A stretch of DNA of 64,000 nucleotides from an uncultured Pseudomonadota bacterium (GTDB lineage: Bacteria > Myxococcota > Myxococcia > Myxococcales > Anaeromyxobacteraceae). The translations under genes were made by a program, and so were the position numbers. The notes beneath the pieces were generated by a model. It saw nothing but the letters and a program-made list of their open reading frames with translations, was not told where the DNA came from and did not search any database. Of this stretch, positions 33,547 to 45,206 are shown piece after piece (position 1 is the stretch's first letter; every line of letters starts with the position of its first letter). Location of the stretch: positions 246,941 to 310,940 of the forward strand of contig CAVTOU010000013.1 of assembly GCA_963736345.1 (NCBI GenBank), read 5' to 3'.

Positions 33547-35013
33547 ATGCGTCTCACCGCCATCGTGGCCGCCGCCGTCTCCATCGCCGGGTGCGCCGGC
33601 TCGGGGACCCCCGCCCCGCGCGGCTCGAGGGCCTCCACCCCCAGCACCGTCCGCGCAGCCCCCGTCTCCCGGGCGGACCCCTCAACGGACTACGTCTCGG
33701 TGAGCAGGGCCATGACGGAGATCGACGCGGCCGAGCGGCAGGGCGAGCTGGCCGACGAGCTGCGCTGGGCCCAGGCGGCGGAGCGGGCCCCCCAGGATCC
33801 GGCCGCGCAGTTCCTGGCCGTGGCGGCACAGCCGGGGGTGGAGGACCGCTGGAACGGATTCCGTGATCTCTCCCTCCAGTTCCCGCGCTCGGCGCTCCCC
33901 TGGGTGGGCATGGCCCGGACCTACGTCACCTGGCGCACCTGGGACCAGGCCGAGCGCGCCGTCGCCGGCGCGCTCCAGCGCGATGCGGGCTGCTGGCTGG
34001 CGATCCGGATCCGCGCCGAGATGGAGGAGGCCCGGGGCAAGCCGGAGGCCGCCGAGGCGGATTACCAGGCGGTCCTGAGGGCCGACCCCAGGAACCCCGA
34101 GGCGCACTTCGGCCTCGGGCGGCTGGCCCGCGCGCGCGGCGACCTGGATGGCGCGCACGAGCACGCGGCGGCGGCGCTGGAGGAGGCGCGCACGCTCCCC
34201 GGGGCCTGGGCCCTGCTGGGCGATATCGCCCAGGAGATTGGCGAGCCGGCGGTGGCGGTGGACTTCTGGAAGGGCGCCATCGCCCAGGCACCCGGCGATC
34301 GCAACGCCCGCATCGCGCTGGCGCGGCTCCTCTCCTCGCAGGGGCAGCATGCCGCCGCGACCGAGCAGTGGCAGGCGGCCGTCGATTTGAAGGAGGACCC
34401 CGAGTCGCTGGCGGCGCTGGCCGACGCCGCCCGGGCCGCGGGCGACGGCGCCACCGAGCAGCACGCGCTGGAGCGGCTGGCGCGGCTCAAGCCCTCGGCC
34501 GACCAGTGGAAGCGCGTGGCCGCCATCCGCCTGGCGGCCAGGGACTACCCGGCCGCCGAGCGCGCCTACCGGCGGGTGCTCGAGGTCAAGCCCCGCGACG
34601 AGGATGCGAACCTGGGCATGGGGCGCGTCCACCTGGCCCGCGGCGACACCGTCAAGGCCATCGAGGCGCTCCGGGCTGCGGGCGCACCGGGCCGCGACGA
34701 CCTGGCGGCGCTGGAGAAGCGGCTGAACCTGGAGAGGCTGTCCCGGCCGGACGTGAACGCCCTGCAGCGGGCCGTGCAGACCCAGGTGGACAAGACCTAT
34801 CGCGCCCGGCTGGCCGACGTGCCGACCCTCTCCGGCAGGCTCCGCGTTCGCGTGACCGTCGACGGGGGCGGCGCCGCCACCCTGGTCGAGGTGCTCGAGG
34901 ACTCGGTGCACGACAACGACGTCCGGGCCTGCGCCTACTGGAACCTGCGCGATGCCACCTACCCGCCGGAAAAGCCCGGCCGCTACTCGTTCGCGTTCGC
35001 GTTCCGGAGGTGA
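33547..35013 (+). CDS. TPR-repeat lipoprotein with C-terminal AgmX/PglI (TonB-C-like) domain
   Basis: AGGAG RBS, lipobox SIAGC, multiple TPRs, C-terminal Y..RL..VPTLSGRLRVRVTVD..G....VEV.....D..V.AC. Confidence 0.78.
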   Translation: MRLTAIVAAAVSIAGCAGSGTPAPRGSRASTPSTVRAAPVSRADPSTDYVSVSRAMTEIDAAERQGELADELRWAQAAERAPQDPAAQFLAVAAQPGVEDRWNGFRDLSLQFPRSALPWVGMARTYVTWRTWDQAERAVAGALQRDAGCWLAIRIRAEMEEARGKPEAAEADYQAVLRADPRNPEAHFGLGRLARARGDLDGAHEHAAAALEEARTLPGAWALLGDIAQEIGEPAVAVDFWKGAIAQAPGDRNARIALARLLSSQGQHAAATEQWQAAVDLKEDPESLAALADAARAAGDGATEQHALERLARLKPSADQWKRVAAIRLAARDYPAAERAYRRVLEVKPRDEDANLGMGRVHLARGDTVKAIEALRAAGAPGRDDLAALEKRLNLERLSRPDVNALQRAVQTQVDKTYRARLADVPTLSGRLRVRVTVDGGGAATLVEVLEDSVHDNDVRACAYWNLRDATYPPEKPGRYSFAFAFRR

Positions 35014-36226
35014 GCGGCCGCGGCGGCCCCCGGCCGCGCCGGCCGCCGTCCGCTCCGGGCTGGAGGTGCTGGCCGCGGGCGGGTTCGCGCCGCTGCGCGG
35101 CAAGCGGATCGGCCTGGTGTGCAACCCGACGGCGGTGACGCGCCGGCTGGTCCACGCCGCCGACCTGCTCCAGGCCGCGCCCGGGGTTCGGCTGGCGCTG
35201 CTGCTCGGGCCCGAGCACGGCGTCCGCGGCGACGCCCAGTACATGGCCGCCGTGGGGAGCGACCCCCGCGACGCGCGCACCGGCGTCCCGGTGGCCTCGC
35301 TCTACGGCCCGAGCCTGGACTCGCTCCGCCCGGCGCCCGGGCTGCTGGCGGACCTGGATGCGCTGGTCTTCGACATCCAGGACGTGGGCAGCCGCTACTA
35401 CACCTACCAGGCCACCATGATGCTCTGCATGGAGGCGGCCGCGGCGGCCCACGTCGCCTTCGTGGTCCTGGATCGACCCAACCCGCTGGGCGGGTCGAAG
35501 GTGGAGGGACCGCGGCTCCGGCCCGGGTTCGAGAGCTTCTGCGGGCTTCACGACCTGGCGGTCCGCCATGGCCTGACGGTGGGCGAGCTGGCCCGGCTCT
35601 TCCGGGCGGAGCGGCAGCTCGAGGTAGAGCTGACGGTGGTGGCGTGCCGCGGGTGGCGGCGCGGCATGGGGTTCCGCGACACCGGGCTCCCCTGGGTCTT
35701 CCCGTCGCCCAACATGCCCACCCCGGAGACGGCGCTGGTCTATCCCGGGATGTGCCTCCTCGAGGGGACGAACCTCTCCGAGGGACGCGGCACCACGCGC
35801 CCGTTCGAGCTGATGGGCGCCCCCTGGCTCGACGGGCACCGGCTCGCCGGCGACCTCGCCCGCGAGCGGCTGCCCGGGGTGGCGTTCCGGCCTGTCAGCT
35901 TCGTCCCGACCTGGGACAAGCACGCCGGCGTGCGCTGCCACGGGGTGGAGCTGCACGTGGTCGAGGCGACGCGCTTCCAGCCCTTCCGCGCCGGCCTGGC
36001 CTGCGTGCTGCACGCGCGGCGGCAGGCCCCCGAGCGCTTCGCCTGGCGCTCCGAGCCCTACGAGTTCGTCTCGGGCGTGCCCGCCTTCGACCTCCTGTGC
36101 GGATCGGATCGCGAGCGGCTGGCCATCGAGGCGGGGGCCACCCTCTCCGAGCTGGTACGGCCGCTTCCGCCGGAGGAGAGGGCCTTCGAGCGGCGGAGGC
36201 GGCCTTTCTTGATGTACCAGCGGTGA
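34952..36226 (+). CDS. namZ: Exo-beta-N-acetylmuramidase NamZ (DUF1343) family; start uncertain
   Basis: GKRIGLVCNPT, PEHGVRG, SLYG, FDIQDVGSRYYTY, VLDRPNP, RHGLTVGELA, PSPNMPT, EGTNLSEGRGTTRPFE. Confidence 0.88.
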   Translation: MPPTRRKSPAATRSRSRSGGERPRRPPAAPAAVRSGLEVLAAGGFAPLRGKRIGLVCNPTAVTRRLVHAADLLQAAPGVRLALLLGPEHGVRGDAQYMAAVGSDPRDARTGVPVASLYGPSLDSLRPAPGLLADLDALVFDIQDVGSRYYTYQATMMLCMEAAAAAHVAFVVLDRPNPLGGSKVEGPRLRPGFESFCGLHDLAVRHGLTVGELARLFRAERQLEVELTVVACRGWRRGMGFRDTGLPWVFPSPNMPTPETALVYPGMCLLEGTNLSEGRGTTRPFELMGAPWLDGHRLAGDLARERLPGVAFRPVSFVPTWDKHAGVRCHGVELHVVEATRFQPFRAGLACVLHARRQAPERFAWRSEPYEFVSGVPAFDLLCGSDRERLAIEAGATLSELVRPLPPEERAFERRRRPFLMYQR

Positions 36227-36289
36227 GGCGGCCGGGAAACCTGGTCAGGTGCGTGCCGCCCCGGCGCGGTTTGTTAAGATCCTCCGGCC

Positions 36290-36856
36290 ATGGCGAACGG
36301 ACGGCAGGTGGCGCTCCTGGGCGGCTCGTTCAACCCGCCGCACGTGGCGCACCTCATGGTGGCGCAGTGGGTGCTCTCGACCCAGCCGGTCGACCAGATC
36401 TGGCTGCTTCCCTCGTTCGTCCACCCGTTCGGAAAGGCGCTCGCGCCCTTCGCCGACCGGGTCCGGATGTGCGAGCTGGCGGTTCGCTGGCTGCGGGGCG
36501 CGTTCGTGTGCCCGGCCGAGGGCGAGCTGGAGCACGATCCGCTGGTCGGGAAGACGGTGCGCACGCTCGAGCACCTGGCCGCGAAGCACCCCACCTGCCG
36601 GTTCTCGCTGGTCATCGGGGCCGACATCCTGCCCGACACCGGCAAGTGGTTCCGCTGGGACCGGGTCCGCGAGCTGGCCGCGCTGATCGTGGTCGGGCGC
36701 GAGGGGTATCCGCCGGTCGAGGGGACGCCCTCGTTCCCGGCCGTCTCCTCCACCGCCATCCGGGAGCGGATCGCTCGAGGCCAGGACGTGAGCGGGCTCG
36801 TCCCGCGCCGCGTGCTCGAGCTGGTGCGGGAGCGAGGGCTGTACCGGGAGCGGTAG
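36290..36856 (+). CDS. nadD: Nicotinate-nucleotide adenylyltransferase
   Basis: LLGGSFNPPHVAH, VIGAD....KW, VSSTAIR. Confidence 0.9.
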   Translation: MANGRQVALLGGSFNPPHVAHLMVAQWVLSTQPVDQIWLLPSFVHPFGKALAPFADRVRMCELAVRWLRGAFVCPAEGELEHDPLVGKTVRTLEHLAAKHPTCRFSLVIGADILPDTGKWFRWDRVRELAALIVVGREGYPPVEGTPSFPAVSSTAIRERIARGQDVSGLVPRRVLELVRERGLYRER

Positions 36857-37062
36857 GCGGGTCCCCGGGGGTCGTCCCGCCTGCGCCGTCCGGTGCATGC
36901 TGGCCGGGCCCGGCCACCGGGGCCGAGGGTCAGGGATTCCCCGGCAGCTCGCGGCGGCGGAGCTCACTCCGTGCTCGACATGGCCGTGGAAGGATGGTCC
37001 TCTTTCGCGGCAAAGGGGGAACGCCCATGCGCGCACCTCGCGGCCGCCCCTCGGCCCGCGGC

Positions 37063-38538
37063 ATGTCTTTTTTTCGGTCGATCGCCGGCGGGCTGGCCGC
37101 GGCGCTCCTGGCGGCCTGCAACTCCGGATCGGGCAGCGGGCCCGAGCCGGAGCGCGTGCACGTGTCGGTCGCGCCGGCCACCGGCCAGGTCCTGACCGGC
37201 GAGCGCCTGCAGCTCACCGCCACCGTGCTGGGCGCGGACGACACCTCCGTCACCTGGGCCGCCAGCGCCGGCAGCGTGGACGCGAACGGCCTCTTCACCG
37301 CCCCCGCCGAGCTCGGGCCGGTCACGCTCACGGCCACCAGCGCGGCGGACACCCGGTGCTCGGCCGTCGCCACCCTCTCCGTCGTCGAGGTGCCGACCCT
37401 CGCGCTGACCACCGAAGGCGGGGCGCCCATCGTCTCCAGGGACGTGTACCTGAACGGCACCGTGGCCATCGACCCGCGGGATGGGCTGGCCGCTCCGTTC
37501 GCGCCGGTGACCATGAAGATCAAGGGCCGGGGGAACTCGACCTGGGAGATGCCCAAGAAGCCGTACAAGATGAAGCTCACCGAGGGGGCCGGACCGCTGG
37601 GGATGCCGGCCGACCGCGAGTGGGCGCTGCTCGCCAACTACGCCGACAAGACCCTGCTCCGGAACTCGGTGGCCATGGAGCTGAGCCGCCGGCTCGGGCT
37701 GCCCTGGTCGCCGCGCTCCCGGTTCGTGGAGCTGACCCTGAACGGCAACTACGACGGGACGTACCTGCTCGTCGAGACCGTCAAGATCGCGCCGGACCGC
37801 GTGGCCATCGCGAAGCTGAGCCCGTCCGACGTCGCCGGCGATGCGTTGACCGGCGGCTACCTCGTCGAGGTCGATCAGCGGCGCGACGGGCTGGTCGTGT
37901 ACGAGGGGCTGGAGGGGACCGTCCCCATCGTGCTGAAGGAGCCGGATCCGCCCGCGGCCGAGCAGCAGGATTACATCGCCGGGATCCTGCAAGCCGCCGA
38001 GCAGGCCCTCTTCTCCGCCGATTTCGCCGATCCCGCGGCGGGATACGCGGCCCACTGGGACGTGGACACGCTCGTCGACTGGTACCTGGTGGAGGAGATC
38101 CTGAAGAACGTCGACGGCGACTTCTTCTCCAGCTGCTACGTCTCCAAGGACCGGGGCGGGAAGCTGCGCATGGGGCCGGTCTGGGACTTCGACCTGGCCG
38201 CCGGCAACGACGACGAGGACGCCTGCGACGACCCCGAGGGCTGGTACGTCCGGACCGGCCCGTACTTCGCCCGGCTCTTCCAGGACCCGGCCTTCGCGGC
38301 CCGGGCGCGCGCGCGCTGGGACGAGGTCAAGCTCACCGAGCTCGACACCATCCACGAGTACATCGACTCGACGGCGGCGTACCTCGAGCACGCCCAGGCG
38401 GCGAACTTCGCGCGCTGGGACATCCTCGACACGTGCGTGTGGCCCAACCCGGTATGTCTGGGCAACTACCGGCTCGAGGTCGGGTACATGAAGGCCTGGC
38501 TGCAGGTCCGCATGGACTGGATGGACCAGAACCTGTAG
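37063..38538 (+). CDS. CotH kinase-family lipoprotein with N-terminal Ig-like domain
   Basis: Lipobox LAAC, Ig-like VSVAP...LQLTATV, IKGRGNSTW..PKKPYK, WALLANYADKTLLRN, GPVWDFD. Alternative start at 37027. Confidence 0.85.
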   Translation: MSFFRSIAGGLAAALLAACNSGSGSGPEPERVHVSVAPATGQVLTGERLQLTATVLGADDTSVTWAASAGSVDANGLFTAPAELGPVTLTATSAADTRCSAVATLSVVEVPTLALTTEGGAPIVSRDVYLNGTVAIDPRDGLAAPFAPVTMKIKGRGNSTWEMPKKPYKMKLTEGAGPLGMPADREWALLANYADKTLLRNSVAMELSRRLGLPWSPRSRFVELTLNGNYDGTYLLVETVKIAPDRVAIAKLSPSDVAGDALTGGYLVEVDQRRDGLVVYEGLEGTVPIVLKEPDPPAAEQQDYIAGILQAAEQALFSADFADPAAGYAAHWDVDTLVDWYLVEEILKNVDGDFFSSCYVSKDRGGKLRMGPVWDFDLAAGNDDEDACDDPEGWYVRTGPYFARLFQDPAFAARARARWDEVKLTELDTIHEYIDSTAAYLEHAQAANFARWDILDTCVWPNPVCLGNYRLEVGYMKAWLQVRMDWMDQNL

Positions 38539-38544
38539 CGCTCG

Positions 38545-39141
38545 CTAGCCACCGAGGCCGGCGGCCAGCGCCCCCTCGAACCCCGGGTGGCGGCGCAGCT
38601 CGTCCATGGAGAGGACCGGCGGCGGCTCGCCCCGGCGCTCGCGCAGCTCCAGCTGCCACCAGCCCACGTCGTGCCAGGCGCCGTCCTTGAAGCCGACCTT
38701 CCGGTAGACGCCGACCGGGAGGAAGCCGAGCGACTCGTGCAGCCCGACGCTGGCGGGGTTGGGGAGGGTGACGCCGGCATGCGCGGCGCAGAACCCCTGC
38801 AGCCGGAGCAGCGCGAAGAGCGACCCGTAGAGTGCGCGCCCCAGGCCACCGCGCCGCCGCCCGTCGCGGACGTAGACGCTCACGTCGACGCACCACCGGT
38901 AGGCGGCCCGCTCGCGGTGCCTCGAGGCGTAGGCGTACCCCGCCAGGCTCCCGCCCTCCTCGCATACCAGCCAGGGTGCGAATCCCAGCACGCCGCGGAT
39001 GCGTTGCTCCATCTCGGCCGGCGCGGGGGGAGCGAGCTCGAAGGAGATGGCGGTGCCGGCCACGATGGGCCGGTAGATGTCCGCCACCTGGGCCGCGTCG
39101 GCGTGGGTGGCGAGGCGGATGGACCGGGCCGGGTCGCGCAT
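38545..39141 (-). CDS. GNAT N-acetyltransferase, phosphinothricin acetyltransferase (Pat/YncA-like)
   Basis: AISFE..PP...EM, GYAYAS..RERAAY.W, SVYV, TLPNPASVGLHESLGF, GFK.GAWHDVGWWQ. Confidence 0.88.
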   Translation of the reverse strand: MRDPARSIRLATHADAAQVADIYRPIVAGTAISFELAPPAPAEMEQRIRGVLGFAPWLVCEEGGSLAGYAYASRHRERAAYRWCVDVSVYVRDGRRRGGLGRALYGSLFALLRLQGFCAAHAGVTLPNPASVGLHESLGFLPVGVYRKVGFKDGAWHDVGWWQLELRERRGEPPPVLSMDELRRHPGFEGALAAGLGG

Positions 39142-39407
39142 GCCCAGAGCGTAGCGAGCAGCCCTCGATCCTTCCAGGTGATGGTGGAGCTCCCCGGGGA
39201 GACGGCGCGCGCCATGGCGCTGGAGGGCGCCGGGGCGGGCTTCTTCACGCGGACGTACATCGCCGACGACCTGGGGCGGGTCCGGCCGGCGGAGCACCCG
39301 GGCTCCGGCCGACGCGCCGACCCGCCGCCGCCGAAACGCCCATTTCCGCGAACGTGGCATTTCGTTCCGCGATCCCCTGGGGTAGCCTTCCGGGTCCGAG
39401 GAGCCGC

Positions 39408-40469
39408 GTGTCGCGTCCCATCATCCATCTCGTCAATCCCATGTGGGCGGTGGCGGGCTCCGAGAATCGCACCTGCGAGCTCTACCGGCTGCTCAGCTCG
39501 CACGCCGACGTCACCGTCTGGTCGGCGCATGTCCCCGATCCCCGCATCGCGGCGCTGCTTCCCATCGAGCGCATCGCCCCCGCGCGCTTCCGCTTTCCGC
39601 GCGGCGGGACGGTGGTCTTCGTGGGCGTGTACTTCCGGTACGGGCGCTGGATCCACTTCTCCGGCTGCCGGCGGCGCATCATCGTCTACAACAGCGATCA
39701 CCCGCACATCCTCCGGCGCCGGATCCGCAAGCTGCGCTCCTTCGGGAGGCACCGGGTCGAGGTGGTGTACGCCTCGCGCTGGCTCCGCGACGCCACCCGG
39801 TACCCGGGGCCGGTGCACGCCTCCCCCATCGACCTGCATCGATTCGCCCCCCGGTCCGACCGGCGGCCTCCCGCGCCGTTCACCGTCGGGCGCCTGAGCC
39901 GCAACCAGCCCGAGAAGCACAACGCCCGCGATCCGGCGCTCTACGGCAGGCTGGTGGGGGAGGGGATGGCGGTCCGCATCATGGGGGGCGACCTGCTCCG
40001 CGATCTGGGCCCGCTCGATCCGCGGGTGGAGCTGGTGCCGGAGTGCGGCGAGGACGCGACCCGCTTCGTGCAGAGCCTGGACTGCCTCTTCTACCGCACC
40101 AGCGACGAGTGGCAGGAGCCGCACGGCCGGGTGGTGCAGGAGGCCATGGCCTGCGGGCTGCCGGTGGTGTGCAGCCGCCGCGTGGGGGCCGCCGACTACA
40201 TCCAGCACGGCCGCAACGGCTTCGTCTTCGGCGACGACGGCGAGGCGCTCGAGATCCTGCGGCTGCTCCGCGATTCCCCCGACCTGCGGGAGCGGGTGGG
40301 CCGGGCCGCGCGCAGGACCGTCGAGCACCTCTTCTCGGAGGAGTCCAGCCGGCGGGTGCGGGACTTCTACCTGTACGGCACCGATCCGGCCTTCGATCCG
40401 GCCTCCGAGCTGGCGGAGCTGATGCGGAGCGAGCCGCCGGCGGTCCCGGTGGGCGCGCTGGGCACGTGA
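39408..40469 (+). CDS. Glycosyltransferase family 4
   Basis: GAGGAG RBS before GTG 39408. VGRLSR...K, EPHGRVVQEAMACGLPVV, IQHGRNGFV. Confidence 0.82.
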   Translation: MSRPIIHLVNPMWAVAGSENRTCELYRLLSSHADVTVWSAHVPDPRIAALLPIERIAPARFRFPRGGTVVFVGVYFRYGRWIHFSGCRRRIIVYNSDHPHILRRRIRKLRSFGRHRVEVVYASRWLRDATRYPGPVHASPIDLHRFAPRSDRRPPAPFTVGRLSRNQPEKHNARDPALYGRLVGEGMAVRIMGGDLLRDLGPLDPRVELVPECGEDATRFVQSLDCLFYRTSDEWQEPHGRVVQEAMACGLPVVCSRRVGAADYIQHGRNGFVFGDDGEALEILRLLRDSPDLRERVGRAARRTVEHLFSEESSRRVRDFYLYGTDPAFDPASELAELMRSEPPAVPVGALGT

Positions 40470-40567
40470 GCGCCGGGCCCGCCGCCGGCCCGGTCACCCG
40501 CGAAACGTGAGCGTGAACTCGGCGCCGCCGCCGGGCCGGTTGCGGGCCAGCGCCGGCCCCACGCCGT

Positions 40568-41557
40568 TCACGGCTGGGCTCCGCCGGACATGAAGGCGTA
40601 GGCCAGGAACCCGCACAGCGCCAGCCCGGCCAGGAACAGGATCGGCGTCCAGGGCGCGAAGGTGGGCAGGTTCCGTGGCTGCGCGCCGGGGGCCGGCGCG
40701 TGCGCCAGCGGGACGAGCCCCTTGCGCCCCATGTGCAGCGTGAGGGGGACGTCGATGGCGCGCGGGATGCCCAGGAACAGCACCGCCGCTAAGGCCCCGA
40801 CGATGGGTTCGGCCAGCACGAAGCCGATCCCGACGCCGAGCATGGCCATCGAGCCGAGGAACTCGATCGATCCGAAGAGATGGTGGCCGAGGTAGAGGTC
40901 GCCCAGCCCGGGGACCAGGCCCGAAAGCCGTGCCGCGCGGGCGGGATCGCGGAAGGGGATGCGGCAGGTCGGGGAAGGGCAGGTGAGGGTGGCGCCGACC
41001 TTGCCCGGCACCGGTACCAGGCAATCGGGGCAGAGCGCCTCGATTGCGGGGGCGCGCACCAGGGGGCCGGGCACGCCGGTCAGGACCTGCTGCAGCGGTA
41101 TCCGATCCGCGCCCGGGATCCGGTTCAGCGCCAGCGAGCTCCCGTCGGCCAGCTGGAGCGTCCACCTGCCCAGGAACCCGCGCTTGACCAGCCGGATCGA
41201 GGAGAGCGCCAGGTGGTTCTTGATCTGCCCTGTCCTCTTGCCGTGGATCTGCAGGAGGAGCGCGCGCCGGTCGGTGACCACCAGCGCGTACTGGTTGTGG
41301 TGGTAGGAGGCCACGCCGGCGAAGTAGAACTCGACCATCGAGTAGCGGTAGCAGGTGGTGGCGAACCGGATCACCTCGCCCGGCGCCACCGCCCTGGCCA
41401 GGACCTCCCGCAGGCGCTCGAGGACGAGCGTCCTGCGCTTCCTGCTCCTGCGAGCGAAGAACCCGTCCTTCTCCGGAAACAGCGTGGTGAGGTCGGCCGC
41501 CAGGCCGGCGATGGTCGACGCCTCGGGCGGGGTGCGCAACGCGATGGGCTGCATCAT
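40568..41557 (-). CDS. Hypothetical membrane protein with CxxC..CxxxxC motif
   Basis: GGAGG RBS, soluble N-terminal domain, CPDC...CPSPTC, then S.LVPGLG..YLG and TM helices. Confidence 0.65.
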   Translation of the reverse strand: MMQPIALRTPPEASTIAGLAADLTTLFPEKDGFFARRSRKRRTLVLERLREVLARAVAPGEVIRFATTCYRYSMVEFYFAGVASYHHNQYALVVTDRRALLLQIHGKRTGQIKNHLALSSIRLVKRGFLGRWTLQLADGSSLALNRIPGADRIPLQQVLTGVPGPLVRAPAIEALCPDCLVPVPGKVGATLTCPSPTCRIPFRDPARAARLSGLVPGLGDLYLGHHLFGSIEFLGSMAMLGVGIGFVLAEPIVGALAAVLFLGIPRAIDVPLTLHMGRKGLVPLAHAPAPGAQPRNLPTFAPWTPILFLAGLALCGFLAYAFMSGGAQP

Positions 41558-41674
41558 GGTTCCTCCCGGCGCCGAGCATAGCGCGGCGGCAGGCCGCTCC
41601 GGAGCGCCAGAGAATCACCCACGGTAAGGATGGCTGCGCGGAGGTGCGATGCTCGCTGGCGGCCGCCGCCCCGC

Positions 41675-44086
<2,412 letters not shown>

Positions 44087-44211
44087 TCTCCCGGACGATG
44101 CGATATCGAGTGCAAGGGGTCAATTTTCCGGACGGATCCGGAGAAGGTCGGCGAGCGCGGCGGCCCGCGGCCCGACCGATGTCCGCACCACTCGCCGCAC
44201 AGGAACGCACC

Positions 44212-45177
44212 ATGCGAACCCTCACGCTCTGCCTCGCCCTGATGGCCTGCGCCGGCTGCGCGACCGCCGGCCGCCCGGCGCCCGCGGCCGCGCCGGTGCC
44301 CGAGGCGCAGCCCGCCGCGCCCGCCCCGTCGACGGCCGCCGCCGCCGGGGTGGTGGTCCCCGAGCCCAGGGTGGCGCTGGTGCTGGGCGGAGGCGCCGCC
44401 CGCGGCTTCGCGCACATCGGGGTCATCCGCATCCTCGAGCAGGAGCGCATCCCCATCGATCTGGTGGTGGGCACCAGCGTCGGCAGCCTCATCGGCGCGG
44501 TCTACGCCAGCGATCGGGACTCGTTCGATCTGGAGTGGACCGCCTTCCAGCTCACCCAGGACGACATCTTCGACTTCCGCCTCATGAACACGGTGCTGGG
44601 GATGGGCTACGCCAAGGGGGAGAGGATGGAGGCCTGGCTCACCGCCAAGATCCGGCAGAAGAACATCGAGCAGCTCAAGGTCCCCTTCGCCGCGGTCGCG
44701 ACCGACCTGAACTGGGGCTACAAGGTGGTCCTGGACCGGGGCTCGGTGGCCAAGGCGGTGCACGCCTCCTCGGCCATCCCCGGCGTGTTCGAGCCCGTGA
44801 GCCACGTGGGCAAGCTGCTGGTGGACGGCGGGGTGGTCGACAACATCCCCATCGACGTGGCCCGGCAGAAGGGCGCGGACATCGTGGTGGCGGTGGACAT
44901 CTCCGAGGACGTCGGCAACACCAACATCAAGAACATCCTCGACGTGCTGCTCCAGACGACCAACATCATGTTCGCCGAGAACGTCGCGCATCTGCGCGGC
45001 GGGGCCGACGTGCTGGTGGCGCCCAAGGTCGGGTCGGTGGGCATGCTCGACTTCACCAGGAAGAAGGAGTGCATGCAGGCCGGGATGGAGGCCACCCGCG
45101 CTGCCATGCCGAGGATCCGCGCCGCCATCGACGCCTGGAAGCAGAAGAAGGCCGCCGCGATGGCGCCGCGGACCTGA
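44212..45177 (+). CDS. Patatin-like phospholipase, lipoprotein
   Basis: Lipobox ACAGC, LGGGAARGFAHIG, GTSVG, VDGG. Confidence 0.9.
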   Translation: MRTLTLCLALMACAGCATAGRPAPAAAPVPEAQPAAPAPSTAAAAGVVVPEPRVALVLGGGAARGFAHIGVIRILEQERIPIDLVVGTSVGSLIGAVYASDRDSFDLEWTAFQLTQDDIFDFRLMNTVLGMGYAKGERMEAWLTAKIRQKNIEQLKVPFAAVATDLNWGYKVVLDRGSVAKAVHASSAIPGVFEPVSHVGKLLVDGGVVDNIPIDVARQKGADIVVAVDISEDVGNTNIKNILDVLLQTTNIMFAENVAHLRGGADVLVAPKVGSVGMLDFTRKKECMQAGMEATRAAMPRIRAAIDAWKQKKAAAMAPRT

Positions 45178-45206
45178 GCGCGTCGGGGAGCGGAAGGGCG
45201 GAGGGG

